This document shows, piece by piece, positions 12,824-26,056 of a stretch of DNA of 64,000 bases. Each line of letters starts with the position of its first letter. The first letter of the stretch is position 1. Origin of the DNA: Raillietiella orientalis (taxonomy: Eukaryota); assembly GCA_036172245.1 (NCBI GenBank), contig JAYWIR010000049.1, forward strand, positions 1,116,001 through 1,180,000. The letters run 5' to 3'. Made by a program: the position numbers and the translations under genes. The notes below the pieces were generated by a model. That model was not told the origin of the DNA and searched no databases. It was given only the letters and a program-made list of their open reading frames with translations.

Positions 12824-15800
12824 TTACCAGTGTTCCACCACGTTCTTCTCGGAAAAATGAAACCGATGTATTTTAAGAATTCCATCCTTGGAAGAGGAAG
12901 TCAGCTCGTGCTTGGCATTGCATTCGGAGAGTGGACGCCATTTCAATCTCGAAACGGTCTTATAGTGAGCTAATCTGCAGCCGTTAAGGAACTTTCACGA
13001 AAGGCTGCACGCACCTGTGAGATCAATTCACAATAGCACCGAATCTGAGGCACAGCAACTGAAACAACACGATGAATGCATGCATGAAAAAACAGAGTTT
13101 CTTTTCACCACAGTGTCTGCATGAAACAAGCAGAACACGATGCAGGAGCAAAGAAAGAAAGAAAGAAAAAAAAAACGTTTACAAAACAAATTCCCCTAAC
13201 GTATTGAGGTCCCCATTAGCCTCAGAAACACCTTAGACGAAACTTTACTTTGGGCAAAGAGCTTCCGCGAGACGCTGAGCATTCTGTTAATGCAAGAGGG
13301 CAACGTGGAGATGTACCACGACTACGACTAACTGCGGATGAAACGCCACAAACGCATTGAATGGATAAGAGGCAAACCTCAGACGCTTTTGCTGGTCAAC
13401 ACCAAAAGGATACGAACTATCGAGTAGCATCAACTCCCGCCAACATCCAGAAATTCGATTCCAAGTCCACAAAACGATGTGTCCATTTTCCAGACCAGCT
13501 GCCAACCCGTAGCTCTCGCCGTCAATTAACCTTTTGCAAAAGGCTACAGTAGTCACGGGAAAAGACTGTTCTAGAGATGGGCAAGCAGCCCCGTAGTCCC
13601 TCAGAGATGAGTCGCTGCTGGATGCGGCTCTGGTCCACAGCACTATTTTTTTGTCTCTTGATCCGGTAACGAAATAGCGACAGTCGTGAGACCAGTCGCA
13701 GCTCCAGATGATTCTTGTGTGTATGCCATTGCTGTTGTCAGAATACGCTGCAGTCGTAAATAGAAGAGTAGACCCTAGAAGGGCAAGCAAACTGGTTAGC
13801 CAGCGGGAATAAAGACTGTTTTGTCTCACGGCACGGGAACAGGAAAACCTGTCTCGAATTCTCTTCTGCGTGAGCAGCCGCTGCAGTTCATATCCGTGGC
13901 TGACTTATCACGCATACACCGCCGTATTCTAATTTCGCGAACCGAAGCTTCGACTCTGCAAATCAACATCCGAACACCTCCTCGCAAGAACACCTATCTG
14001 CACAAGATTTGTGTAAGCTACCGGGTTCTTACATTCGGGTAACTGAAACATGAAGGGCCAAAACGTAGGTGCACAAATGATAGAAAGATCCTGCCTACTT
14101 CCTTCTAAGAGTGCAGACTAGCACCCTCGCTCTTACAAAGCATCTCGAAAAGAGAAGAAGAAGAAGAAAAAAAAGGGCACGTCCAAGATGATACTAGAAG
14201 AGGTTCGTGGCAAAATTACAGTGACTTTCTGCGCAGGAATACATCACAAAAGAGCTGGATTGTCGAATTTTAAACTTCAAGAAACGTATTCATTTCATTT
14301 CATTTCTTTATTTTTTTTTTTCATGTCTTGCTGGTAAACAACGCACACGTCCGCGTGTGTACATGTACGCGAATACGTGCAATGTACACGCGCGCACGCC
14401 TCCAGGCTCCCTAATCCAGCCCGCCAGTCAGTCTTTACAACTGAGGTGACATCCTTTTGTGAGAGAAACAACAACCCCCTCGCATTTCCGCTTGAAACAG
14501 CCAACCTGTCAGCTGGAACCTTTGGGAGGTCCTGTTACAAAGTGTTCTTCCCCGGAAAACTCCAAGACAGCCGTTCCTAGAATGCTGAGCAGGATCCTCA
14601 GACCTACTATAAACTGATGTGAATGGTTGCAACGAGAGACAAACTGTTCCGCATGTACGGTCACGTGGCAACATCCAGAGAATACGCGGGCTTCGCACGA
14701 AATCCACGGATCGAGGTGGCGAGATGGAATTCGCGCAATTTTCGTCTTAGGTTCTTCTTGTTTGTTTGTTTGTTTTTTTCTCTTGGCAAAACGATCCAAA
14801 GATTATTTTCGTAGCTTCGAAACGCTTCAGGTGAAGAAACAAGACCACAGCAAGAATAACTCGAAGACACCTGCGCCTGGGAGACAGAGATCCGTCCCCT
14901 GGCGCCCAAGAGCACAATCCTTCCTTTCGCGAACGAAATGAAGTTTTGCTCCATAGCGAATGAAAAAAATCAATGATGAAAATTCAGGGGTTTCAGTGAT
15001 CCCCCGCATGACGAGTCTTTCGAAGCTTCCATTTGGTCAGCCAAAGCGCAACAGGTAAGGATCTTCCTTGGTTGCTGCTACCACAGAAGAAGAGCAAGAT
15101 TGGTTGCCAACCAAAACCGACGGCAGATCTTGGAAACAGATGAAAGGGTTATCTCGCCTTGCGCCGGTTCATCTCTGACTGATGTCAGGTTCTCGAATGC
15201 CTGACAGAAATCACGGTTCCCTGCTGAAACCTCTCTTCCAGAAACTGTGGATGCACCGAGTCCTTGCAACTGCTACTACAACAGTCAGATCCATTGCTGA
15301 GAAGGACAACCCGTGAAGATGAATGGGACACGGGAAATCTGTCAGGAAGGATAGCAACAGAAGCATCCATGCGCACCACTTCTGCAAAAAGACACTAACG
15401 GTAACGTGTCGTACACTAGGGCTCCACTCCAATGATTTGGAAAGAATTTTTCCCGCTGCTACGCCATCCAGTATAGTTCACCATGTATGGCTTTCTTAAC
15501 AAGCAAGCTGACACAACTCCTCAGAATGGATAAATGTTGTACATGTGTACCGATGATAGAAATCGGGGGTAAGGAAGGCAGGAATGCCACCTTAGGATCT
15601 CGATCGCTTAACGAAAGAGGGGCATCCTACCTACGATTATTTGGCCATAAGGTACCATTATTGTATCAGAAACGTACGCATCATTTTTCTGGAATTACAC
15701 TGCAAGCTAAAGAAAAACATTAATGAACACACACACACACAAAAAAAAAAGACTTATTGGTTACGGATGTTTAATCGGCTGGTTCTCTTGCTTAAGAATG

Positions 15801-18800
15801 GAATGAAATCGAATCTGTTGGTATGTGTGTAAAAACATACCAATTACATGTCCTCTGCTTTTTTTTTTTTTTAACTTTCCTTCTCTTAGGTTTCTTCTAA
15901 AACACTGGCCATGGGCAACCAAACTAGTGAACTCCTCCGTCAAAATACAAACGCACAGCGAAAGGCCGAACATTCCAATGAATGGAATCATTCACGGAAA
16001 AGGAAGTTTTTGTACAATTTATTCCACGCAAAATGCAATGATTGCTTTCTAATCCTGACCTGGCCTGATTAGAACAGTTTCTTTAACCACCCTCCCCCCT
16101 TTCCATCCGGAACAGCAAGGTGAGACCTAATTCACATATTCTTTTCCACAAAGCAACTGCATCGGAATCTGATATCTCATTAGACTGTCTCGATCTTCCA
16201 GAATTTCGCGTTCAGTTTAAAGTGCAAATCCTGAAACGTTTACAAACAAAGACTGTGAAATCCGATCCCCATCGTGGAAACTCTCAAGGTGAAACCGCAA
16301 GAGTTGTCGTTTCCCTTTGCTCGCTGCATCCAGTACAACCCAAATTTGCATCAATCCCAACAGACTCAGGTGAGATAGCACAACCTCCGTTTGTCTCAAA
16401 CCATGCCACCCTTCGATATGGGTCCGTTCCAGAATCAATCTTCAGCCAGCTGATCTGTTGCCCGATTTAAGACTCTCCTTATAATCAAATTGCACAACAT
16501 GTGCAGCCTTGAAAATGAAGAAACAACCATTTGAAATCACTCCGCATCAAATTGGGAGCTGCACACACCGAAGAACCTCAAATTCCTTAACATGACCTCG
16601 AATGCCTCAGTATACCAAATGTCTGATAAGTAAAGAATACGAAATCTTCTTAGAAATGAGATTTGCAAAGAGAGGATTCGTAACTCGGCAGTAATCTTAC
16701 AGCTATTTTAACGGACAATCTGCTGTTTTATCATTTAATCCATCCAATAACCATTTCCAGAACAGACATTCTGAAAAATCGAGAAAAATCAGTGAGTAGT
16801 AAACGGAGAGAGTTATTCTCTAGGGCATAACACAATCATTAGTTTGCGTAGATATGGGAAAGTGTTTCGTGTGAATCCTTTAAGAATGAAGATCGTGTTT
16901 AATCCAAAGCGAAATTCAGTTAATGTGGGTCTAGTGGGTGAGCAGTTACCATAGCCAGGTGCCCGCAACCTCTTCAATCTGAACCTATCGTCTTAAAGAT
17001 CGCCCCAAGAAAACGCACAAGAGCATCGTTTCTTCAGATAAAAGCGCTACCACTGCAAAAAAAAGGAAAAAAAAAAAAAAAAAAAGAGGCATGTTGTCAC
17101 GTTAGAACAGAAATCTGATTTCGAGGAAAAAGCTGTTATAAAAGAAATAACCAGTATCGGAAGAGCACTGGGACTTGATGAAAAGGAAGGCCAACGATGA
17201 AGATGTTCGGGAGCTGCTGGATTCACACGTGGGAGGACACCGCCTGATGATGATCTGCTTTTTGATCAACGAAGAGCCTTTGAAGAAGCCGGGATGACGG
17301 TGATGCCAAAGTGGCAATGTGCAGGCGAAGAGGTTCACCATGAAGGAATCTGAAGCTTCAGGACGTTGAGGCAAGAAATTGTGGATGCGGATCTCAACCT
17401 GGACCAAACCCGCCGACACACGCAAAGGAGTTCTGCCTCTGCAGGCACGTGCACGAAGACTTCAGGAGGAGAGCCCAGTCTGTGTGCACGAAGACTTCGG
17501 GAAAAGGGAGAGTCCAGCCCACGCTGTTAACATATTTCGAAAGGCAATGAAGATGCTTTTGTCGGTGTAACTCATCCTTCACGAATAACACTTGGAACTT
17601 TTTTGTCTTTTCTTTTGCTCTCTACAACTGATCTGTGACTTTGCTAACATAAATTCACACGTTGAGTGGATTCTTTTTTATTTTTTCCACGCAGTATTTC
17701 CTTAAAAAGCGAAGACATTCTCCCCTGCCTGCCTGGTTTCTATTAAGCTCGAACCAATTACATATTCCACGTACAATGTGTGTGTGTTCGAACATTGCGG
17801 CTATTTCACGAAACGAATTATTCGCACTAATCGCGGCCTGCCAGTATTTCTGAGGTACCTTACATCAGTGTCAAAATCATGACTTTGATGATAAGAATCG
17901 TGTGTGATGATAACATATCTATGTAAACCTGTGGTTATACATAATGATCTATCTGATTCGAATACCTGAGGACTCGGACTGTATGCTGAAATAATCTGAT
18001 CCAAACTTATCATCAACTTATACAAAAATCCAACCGAATGCAAACAAAGAAATGAACTTTTTTGGTACCGGCGAGCAGTCTTTATGACGAAATCGATCTC
18101 ACAATTGTAAGATTTGACTGATAATATAGCACACAAAAACAAACTGAATCCAAAACCGGTGGTCACGCAAAATAAGCGGAGCCGGAAGGCTTTACTCGTT
18201 TACATCACTTTACTCATTACGCTTCAGCAGCGGTGAAATCACAAAGAGAAGCTGAAAATCAGCGGTGCAACGGATGTTTTCGAAAGCCATTTAAGATAAG
18301 GAGCAAAATAGACGGGAAAAAAGCGTATGGGATTTCCGCATGTGCGAATTTCCAATTCTACGGATCAGCTGTTTGCTTCCTCCAGGCAGCCACTGTAAAA
18401 TTGTCAGATGGAGACTGATCATGGCCTTTCAAAGTAACTTCCCGTTGTCCACGCTCAGTGCTTCACGAAGTGTATTTTACTGCAACACTGAAGCACAACC
18501 GCAGTATAAATGTACTTCATGGGATTGATCCCGTGATCCTGAACACCGGTTTCCCATTCTAGCAATACGAAACAGTAAGCGTGAAATCCTATCCATTAGA
18601 ACCCGTAGATTGCGGCTGTCTCCTACGAACGCAACATACGATCAGCACACACGACTACTGATTAGGTTTCGTCATCAAAATTCATGGAAAAAGTTTCCAT
18701 ATACCTCATGACCGCTTTTCCTTTATCGATAATCTCAAAGCAAACCACGAAACAAAAAGTGGACAAAAAATCGAACTCCACCTCGATCAAAAAAAAAAAT

Positions 18801-21800
18801 TAAAAAAGCATCTGGTAACGCTGCTCATTGATAAGACAAGGACGGTTACTTAGAACGCCAGCCCGAGCAACAACCTAACCATATCGAAATAAGAGAGGAA
18901 GTTTCCAAAAAGTGAAATCGCACGAAATGTTTCGAATACACACGCCAAGTCCTTCAAGCTTCTCTAAAATTGCATCTTCATGGATCGCTGGTTGTCACCA
19001 AAACCAGTTATTGAACCGGGAGATACTCGCGAGGGGTTTGTACTTCTTCGTGAGCACTGCTAGCACCCATTTCTCCCCCCCTCCACCCCCACCCCACCAA
19101 GCTACAAAAAATACACCACAAAAACAGGGAACATCTTTTTGCCACGTGAATCGGAAATTTTGAATTCGAAAGGGAAAACATCACCTACTTCCAAATCCAC
19201 GATTTTTGCCGAGATCAACAACATACACAGTAGCAAGTCTTACTGCCTGTCTTCCAGTCATCCAGAGAATTGGTTTTTTCGAACAGTGTCCAAGTCCGAT
19301 CCCTGGAAACCGACAAAAGAAATGCATCATCAGGAGAAAACATCATCTGCGTCACTGTGAGATTGTGACGCTGCAAAGCCTGAACTTGTCTCCATGTTAC
19401 TGTTTCCCTAGAAAACGATGCGAAAGGAAAAAAGTCACTCGTTCTCACCACACTATAATTGATGCATCCACAGCCGAAGACGACTTTGCAGCTGAAGCAA
19501 TCAAATCGCCTCCGCAGCTGGCACACAGAGAATACACCTCGAAACTGTGTCCATATAGTTTATGCATTTCTGGCCACAAAGTGTGGTGCCTGAGAACATC
19601 TTCAGAAGACATTTCTAAAAATCCCGGTAACGTTTGCCCGGTCCAGCTTAAATCACCTTCCCCGAGCTTCCTATCGTTCCCCAGTTTCAGTTCACCGTCC
19701 CCATACACAGGCTTATTAGAAAGTCCTAATGCGGGAGCAAAGGCTCTGGTCGGAACACCTTCTACGAAGAAACCAATGAAAATAGCAAAACAATCTACAG
19801 GAGCCACCTACCATCACAGGCATAAGTCTCCGTGAAAGACAATCCAGTGGACTCCCTGAAATGTTTTCTGAAATTTTCTGGAGCTTGAAAAACTCGAAGA
19901 ACCTTTTCTTCTGCTCCGGATACGAACATCATTTCGTTAATAAGGCTGACACAAAATATCGCATGCCCGTGAATTTGTGGACGGGCCAATTCGTGCCACA
20001 GCTTCTGTGGGACAAAGAGAAGAATGACTTTTCCGAGGACTGAATACGCAGTGCATGCATGCGTGAAACGAATATGCCAACGATCGATGTTACTGATACG
20101 AATTCACACTTCAAGAGCTGTCCTGATGTAATTTCTGGGCCATCAAAAAAATACTTTGTACGAAATCTCTTTCCAGAAATAAGAACGAAAGGTTTCCGCT
20201 TTCGCGGCCGCCAGCTGGATGGCACTTCATGCCATACCGTAGCGGTACATAGCCATACCTTGCCGTTCACATTCTGTATTTCGATTTACCGCGGTGGACT
20301 TGAAAAGACATAAGCAGACTGAGTTTTTTTCATGCCAGGTGAGACCGAGACTTATAAGGCCATGAAATGAAAAGATAATGATGCTTCCAGAATAATACGA
20401 CTAGACTGCAAGGATGCTTACTTGATTGTGCATCGAAAATAATGCAAAAGACATAACATGGAGATTTCCACGAAAACGATGCTTCAGAACATGCTTTACG
20501 AATAAATAAGATGTATTAACGCGTATTTAGCATGTGTTGATGAACTGTACATGACATGCGTCTCTCGCGATTCTCCGATCATTTCAACGTGAACTTTCCA
20601 AAACTGGAGTAATGGACTTGCAATTATGCCTGATTGGAAATCACGTATCCTTGAAACTCCTCCTGAATTGAGGGATAAAAATTTCGCCTGATTCCCCAAA
20701 TCCGACTATACACCTACAGGTAAATTCCATAGGTCACTCGTATTTTCAGAACCGTTGCTGCATCGACAGTTAGAAGAATCCAATTTCAGATGATAATAAC
20801 GATTGGAAGAACTAATGGAAAGCTATGAACACCTTTTCGCTACTAATTTCCCAGTGTGGGTCAGCTTCTTTCTTAGAGGGGAAAGTGCACGCAACCCAAT
20901 CGCAATATATTCTTTGTGGGGTTTCCGAAAACCACACAAGCAGCTGTAAAACAGATAACAGATTAGCTTCCGGCGTGAAATAAAAGCATTTCAAAATATA
21001 ACAACTAAAGTCCCAATAAACGAGCATTCTCTAATCAATCTGCTTCCTAAAGTCAACTTCTTTCTGCATCTGCACCCTTTCAGGCAATACTATTGCGATT
21101 TCTTGTAGAAAATGGCTGTTTTTGTTTTGCTTTCACTTGTAACTACTGAACTGCTCTGTTCCTTTTAAAAACAAAATAAAAACAGCTGAGACTCCCGTTC
21201 TTGACGAAAATCCATTAAAAAAAACTTGAAATAAAGAAAAAAATCGCATAGCACGGCGTCTGCTTCCTCCACACACACACACACACACACAGGAAAAAAC
21301 GGATAACACACGATTCTTGTCTATTCTTGCTCGCACACAAACAAACGCTCCTGTACATTATACACAGTACTGTACATACTATACTTGAAGTACTGTGAGT
21401 GATTAGGGATCATGTCGCGTTTCAAAGGATTACTTTCTGATGCGTACGAATTGTAACCACCCTAATCACAGCAAACTGTACACGAAGACCATTCACACGT
21501 AAGAACCACAGAAGAAAGTCTGCTTATTATTTTCGAATTCCTCCTTTCGTTCCAACTAGGAAGGAAAAAACGAGAACACAATACCCCCTCGACGAAACTG
21601 ACAGATTTCTATCCTGGAGATCAAACATGTGAACACAAGCATCCAAGAACGTATGGAGCACAGTGCGGAAAATGGGACCAACGTTCCCAAATACATTTGA
21701 AGATCATAACCACGCATAAAAGTGTTGGATGAAAATCGCAGAATTCGGGATAGTAACCACGCGAAGAGGACCTCATCACTTTATGAGCATGGGAATCAAG

Positions 21801-24800
21801 GACCATCTCGCACAAACTTGAAGCCACTGTTTTACCAACAAGGATTTGAAAAGTTCTAACTGACAAAGGGAAAAGAAGGAAAGTACCTAAAAAAGCAAAT
21901 TACTGGAACCTTGTCCCCCCCCCCCCCAAAAGAATAAACACCAAGATACAAACCAGGAGGAATGGAGACAAACTAGATGACGAATCTGAGGATCGAAGAC
22001 TCATTTGCAATAGCTTGAAATCCATATGTAACTCTGATCCTCGTAGTTTTCCTTTTTTTTTGGGGGAAATTCCACGAAAAAATTGCAACTATTTGCCTTT
22101 TGTTTCCACATAATCAGACTTTGTGAGGCATTTTCCGTTTTGACAGATGCAGAAGCCAAATTATTCTCTTGGGTAGGAATCACGAAATATGGCTTGTTGT
22201 ATAACCACTTAAGATTTAATATATTACCCGAGTCATTATAATGAGGCGTCGCGGTAATTAAACGCAAACTGAAAACATAATCTCGGTTGAATTATACCGA
22301 ATGTGGTATGCATTGCTCTTCATTTGTACAATAATCAAAAAGAGATTACATTCCGAGATGTCCACAACGGGATATCCTTTTCCCTCTTTAATACGAGGTA
22401 TTTGAAGACAAAAACTAAATCAAAAGATTTAAGACCTTCATTCAAAGCATAGTTGCGCATTCATAATTAAAATCTGATTGGTTTGTTAGCATCACTGCTG
22501 GACCAGAACAAGACTCTACTGACAAGACCAATCACATTTTCCGGAAATAGAAAGTGTAGGATAGATTCTCGAACATTACCAAATGCCCAAAGGCTCCGAA
22601 AGCTTTAATAATTTTCTTTCATCCATACTCTGAGACTCTACAAGCATTAGTAATATATAGTTACGAACATATATTATCATTTTTGCCTGGAAATCAGTTT
22701 GATCAGTTCACAACACGTATTTATAAAATTCGAATTCATTTTGACTATTATCCCTCAGTCCGAAGATTAATGCCTCTTATTTTAATATAGACTGATATGC
22801 TTTTCCCTTAAAAGTTCTTAAAGGTTTTTTTTTTTTTTTTTTTTTTTTACTAACAGTCTTTAAATCACTGCGAGAAATGATTTACTTTAAAAAACACTCA
22901 ATATGATGAGCAACTCAGTATGATGCATTCGAAGCTGAGCAGTTCAACCTGCGCAGAAAAGCATTTGTAATGTATTAAATATACAGGCACTTTCAAAACC
23001 TCAAACTTTTCAAAATCTCAACTTTCTCAAAACTTTTCAAACTAATGTACAAGCTGTCCAGATGCAAGGGATAAATATTCAAATTTTTTTCGTAGTTTTC
23101 TTTGATCTGATTCCACTGAGCATCTTAAATAAGAAAAGATTTGTTTGATAACATGCCCACGTAAGGAAAAAACTGAGTAACACGTAGAAGATTACACGGT
23201 TTTCAATTATCTCATATCGATTCGGAATGTCCTCTGCATTTCTGGCATCCCTGTCTGATTTGGTAACTCAAGTTCATTGCAAACATCCCGTCATCCTATG
23301 CGTTCCTGTAGTAATGTTCATTGCAAAAGTCGTTTTCTTGTTTACGCCTTTGAAATAGTTGTGCCCACAAAACACAAAAAAAGTTCATCATCACTATCTC
23401 TCCTTTCTTTTACATTATTTCGTGGAAGTTATTTCCGATTTCTTTTCCTCTTTCGAGAGTCATCTATCTCCAACCAAACCAAACCTTTCGTTGATCTTGT
23501 ACAATTTGTGCCCAGATTTTTACTGAATAGTAGTTTTTAGCCACCTTGATGTGTTATTTCGTCGTAAACCCGTCATCTGACTCATGGAAAGGACTTTTCA
23601 AAATCAAGGCCAAGAATTTCGAATAACTGTTTTAAATATAGTCCTGACATCGAAATAAGCTCTGCACGTGTTCAACACAGGACATTTCTTTTCAAATCAG
23701 TTTTCCAGCGGCAATTTTTCTTGTTTTCTTCAACAAACTGCTTTATCTGCTGGACAAGCTTCCTGGAATTGACTTCTGGAAGCCTATTCAACATTATGTT
23801 CATGTGGAAAACGGGTTAGTGATTAAATACAAAGAAAAATAAATGTTGATATGGATTATGTTCGGAATCTAAACACAACTGGAAAACTAGGTAATCAGCT
23901 TCATGAATGATTTCACGAATCCCAAAGAAACACTTTGATTGGAAGGATTACTTTCGAAAGAGAAATTGAAAACCGGTAAAGAAGCAACTCCTAAATTCCC
24001 GCAAATATCTCTGTTATGAAAAATTATATCTGTACTGTTTTAAACTCAAAAAACATCCAAAACACATGCTTGCAAACGATGTTTCAGCTGTTTATTAACT
24101 GGAAAACAACAACAAACTCCTCAGTAAACTGAAAACTTTTTTTTTGCATGTTGGCAAACTTTAAAAGAAGCTTCCAATGACAGAACTTCGAACTCTGATT
24201 AAGTAGAGACATAGTACACCCAGGCTAAAGCCTACAAAAAAGTACCTTTACCGACAGATACATAAAATGAATTTCCAAAGTATTGTTCTCAAATGAGGTC
24301 TTAAGGTTCTCAAATAAGGTCTTTGAATTTTCAATTTCTAAATAATATTCTGTGTTGTAAAAGTAAATAACTGTCTGTCTAACTAGAATAACTGTCCGTA
24401 AATATCTGATTGAACATGGGAAATTTCACAACAAAAGGGTGCATGCAAACAGGCATGATCAATAGTTATTTTTTCTGACAATAAAAATTAAAGATCCTTA
24501 AATGAAGAAAAGCTTACTTGACAATGTGTGCTTGCATGAAGACGGGTTGTTTGATCTAATCCTGTTGACAGAAGGTATTTGCCATGCTGTTCCCAACTCA
24601 AATCTGTAATTTCACTTGTATGACCACCACATCCTTTTTTAGCTTGCCATGTTGTATTCTAATTTTTGTCAACTACAGAAACTGCACAATTGTTTGAACT
24701 TACCTGTTTCTGCCACACATATATAGCCCCTTGATATGTAGAAGCAGCAATTAAGTGAGCATCCCAACTCCAACATGCTTTATGGAAACCTGGAATGTTC

Positions 24801-25922
24801 CCTCCTGCAATCCCTATACATTGTGATTCAAGCCACAACTTATGATGATCATCAAACTTCCAAATAATAATCAGTTTATCAATAGCTGCTGTTAATAATA
24901 AAGGCCATTTCTCAGAATTCACTAATGGACACCACTGCACAGAAAACACCCAGTTTTTATGTCTACTCAACACTGATTCCAGATGGACAACATAGGAAAC
25001 ATCAGTTGTTGTCCACAAAACTGTTAACTTCAGATTAAGTGACAACTGTGTTCCAGGTTTGTCTTTCCCAAATTTCCAAAGACGCACTAATCCATCCTGA
25101 GCACCACTAGCTAGCAAGAAAGCATCTTCCTGAATTTGGCAAAAATCCAAGCAGCGCACCCAATCCTTATGGCCTTCCAGCCTGCTAATATTTTGGAAAG
25201 TATGACTACGTTCTTCACTCAAATAAAGATGAACAGCGCTGTCTTCTCCTGTCCATGCCAGCAGTATTCGTCCTTCCCAAATGGAAACCATCTGGATATC
25301 CATAACCAGATGGGAATTCCATTGCATTACTTGGATCAAAGAAGCATCTGCAGAAATTAAGATTGTTCTTTCTTTTTCCATTTAACATACCAGAAGAATC
25401 TGAATCATATTTCCAAACATGACATTCACATTGCTGATTGACTGTAACAATCAATAAACTCAAATCCTTAGATGAATGACAACAAATTCCAGAACATGCA
25501 TCTAAAGGCTGGGAACCTTAATAGAAAAACGCATCTGCAAATGATACCCTAATAATTCATTGACTAACCTGGAATTGTACATAGAAGCACTACTTGAGCT
25601 GTAGCTCCCTGGAACTGCCACACCTTTGTAGTGCAATCTTTAGATGCTGTCAACATGAAAGGATGCTGAGAGCACCCACAACATTTGAGAACAACAATTG
25701 TATCCTGATGTACATGCAGTGTCTGAATTGGTTTGAGATATTGGTCTTCCTGTTGATGAAGTACTTTTAAAGCACTAGAATTATGCAGCTAACCTGCATG
25801 GTACATACTACCAAAGCCTGACCAGAGGAAAAACACAAATGCTGGGGAGAACAGAAATCCAATGTATGCGCTCCCTGGGAACATGAAGCAGCAATATATA
25901 AAGTCTGATGTTCTAGATTCAT
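12824..25922 (-). CDS. Elp2: Elongator complex protein 2 (WD40 repeat), 10 exons, ~800 aa
   Basis: Exons 25922-25794, 25749-25569, 25516-25391, 25347-24704, 24658-24518, 20004-19812, 19761-19449, 19407-19244, 13774-13414, 12974-12824 join in frame (2403 nt). Diagnostic motifs: LEGHKDWVRCL, WHELARPQIHGH, SGAEEKVLRVF, PALGLSNK, TLWPEMHKLYGH, HNLTVTQM..LLSVSRDR, HTRIIWSCDWS..TGSRDK. Confidence 0.96.
12975..13413 (-). other. U12-type (minor spliceosome) GT-AG intron, last intron of Elp2, 439 nt
   Basis: 5' site |GTATCCTTTT. Branch site TTCCTTAAC (12991-12983) lies 8 nt before the 3' junction (GGCTGCAG|), with no polypyrimidine tract. Splicing restores the Elp2 C-terminus LAHYKTVSRLKWRP...SSSKDGILKIHRF. 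Confidence 0.92.
14570..14720 (+). mobile_element. Possible LINE (RTE/L2-like) RT C-terminal relic in Elp2 intron
   Basis: RDKLFRMYGHVAT resembles the RRxLRWxGHVxR motif, preceded by an RILR-like stretch. Short and decayed. Confidence 0.3.
15050..15350 (+). mobile_element. Possible LTR-retrotransposon RT/RNase H relic in Elp2 intron
   Basis: VRIFLGCCYHRRR (~VRSFLGLxNYYRRF) followed by ETVDA (~xTDAS). Weak. Confidence 0.25.
17150..17520 (+). mobile_element. Tigger/pogo-like transposase C-terminal relic in Elp2 intron
   Basis: ANDEDVRELLDSH...KRFTMKE...DLNLDQ resembles the Tigger C-terminal pattern DEDDVxELLDSH / FTxKEL / DPNxER. Ends in a ~34-nt tandem duplication (gtgcacgaagacttc). Confidence 0.5.
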
Positions 25923-25968
25923 TATTTCTGAAACAAAATAAGCTGGAAATGTTTCTGAAAGCCATATA

Positions 25969-25974
25969 TTTATT
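25969..25974 (-). terminator. Candidate polyadenylation signal (AATAAA) of the Ack-like gene
   Basis: Only AATAAA between the Ack-like stop (26057) and the Elp2 ATG (25922). Confidence 0.55.
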
Positions 25975-26056
25975 TGCTCCAGGTTCAAGGGACGCAACTC
26001 CCTTAATCTGCATCAGATCCTGTCTAACTCTAATACAAAGCACTGTCTGTTACACT

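Noticed and set aside
13287..13829. 180-aa ORF as a stand-alone gene or as the terminal Elp2 exon
   Set aside because: Only 13774-13414 is exon; the rest is read-through into the flanking introns, including the U12 intron.
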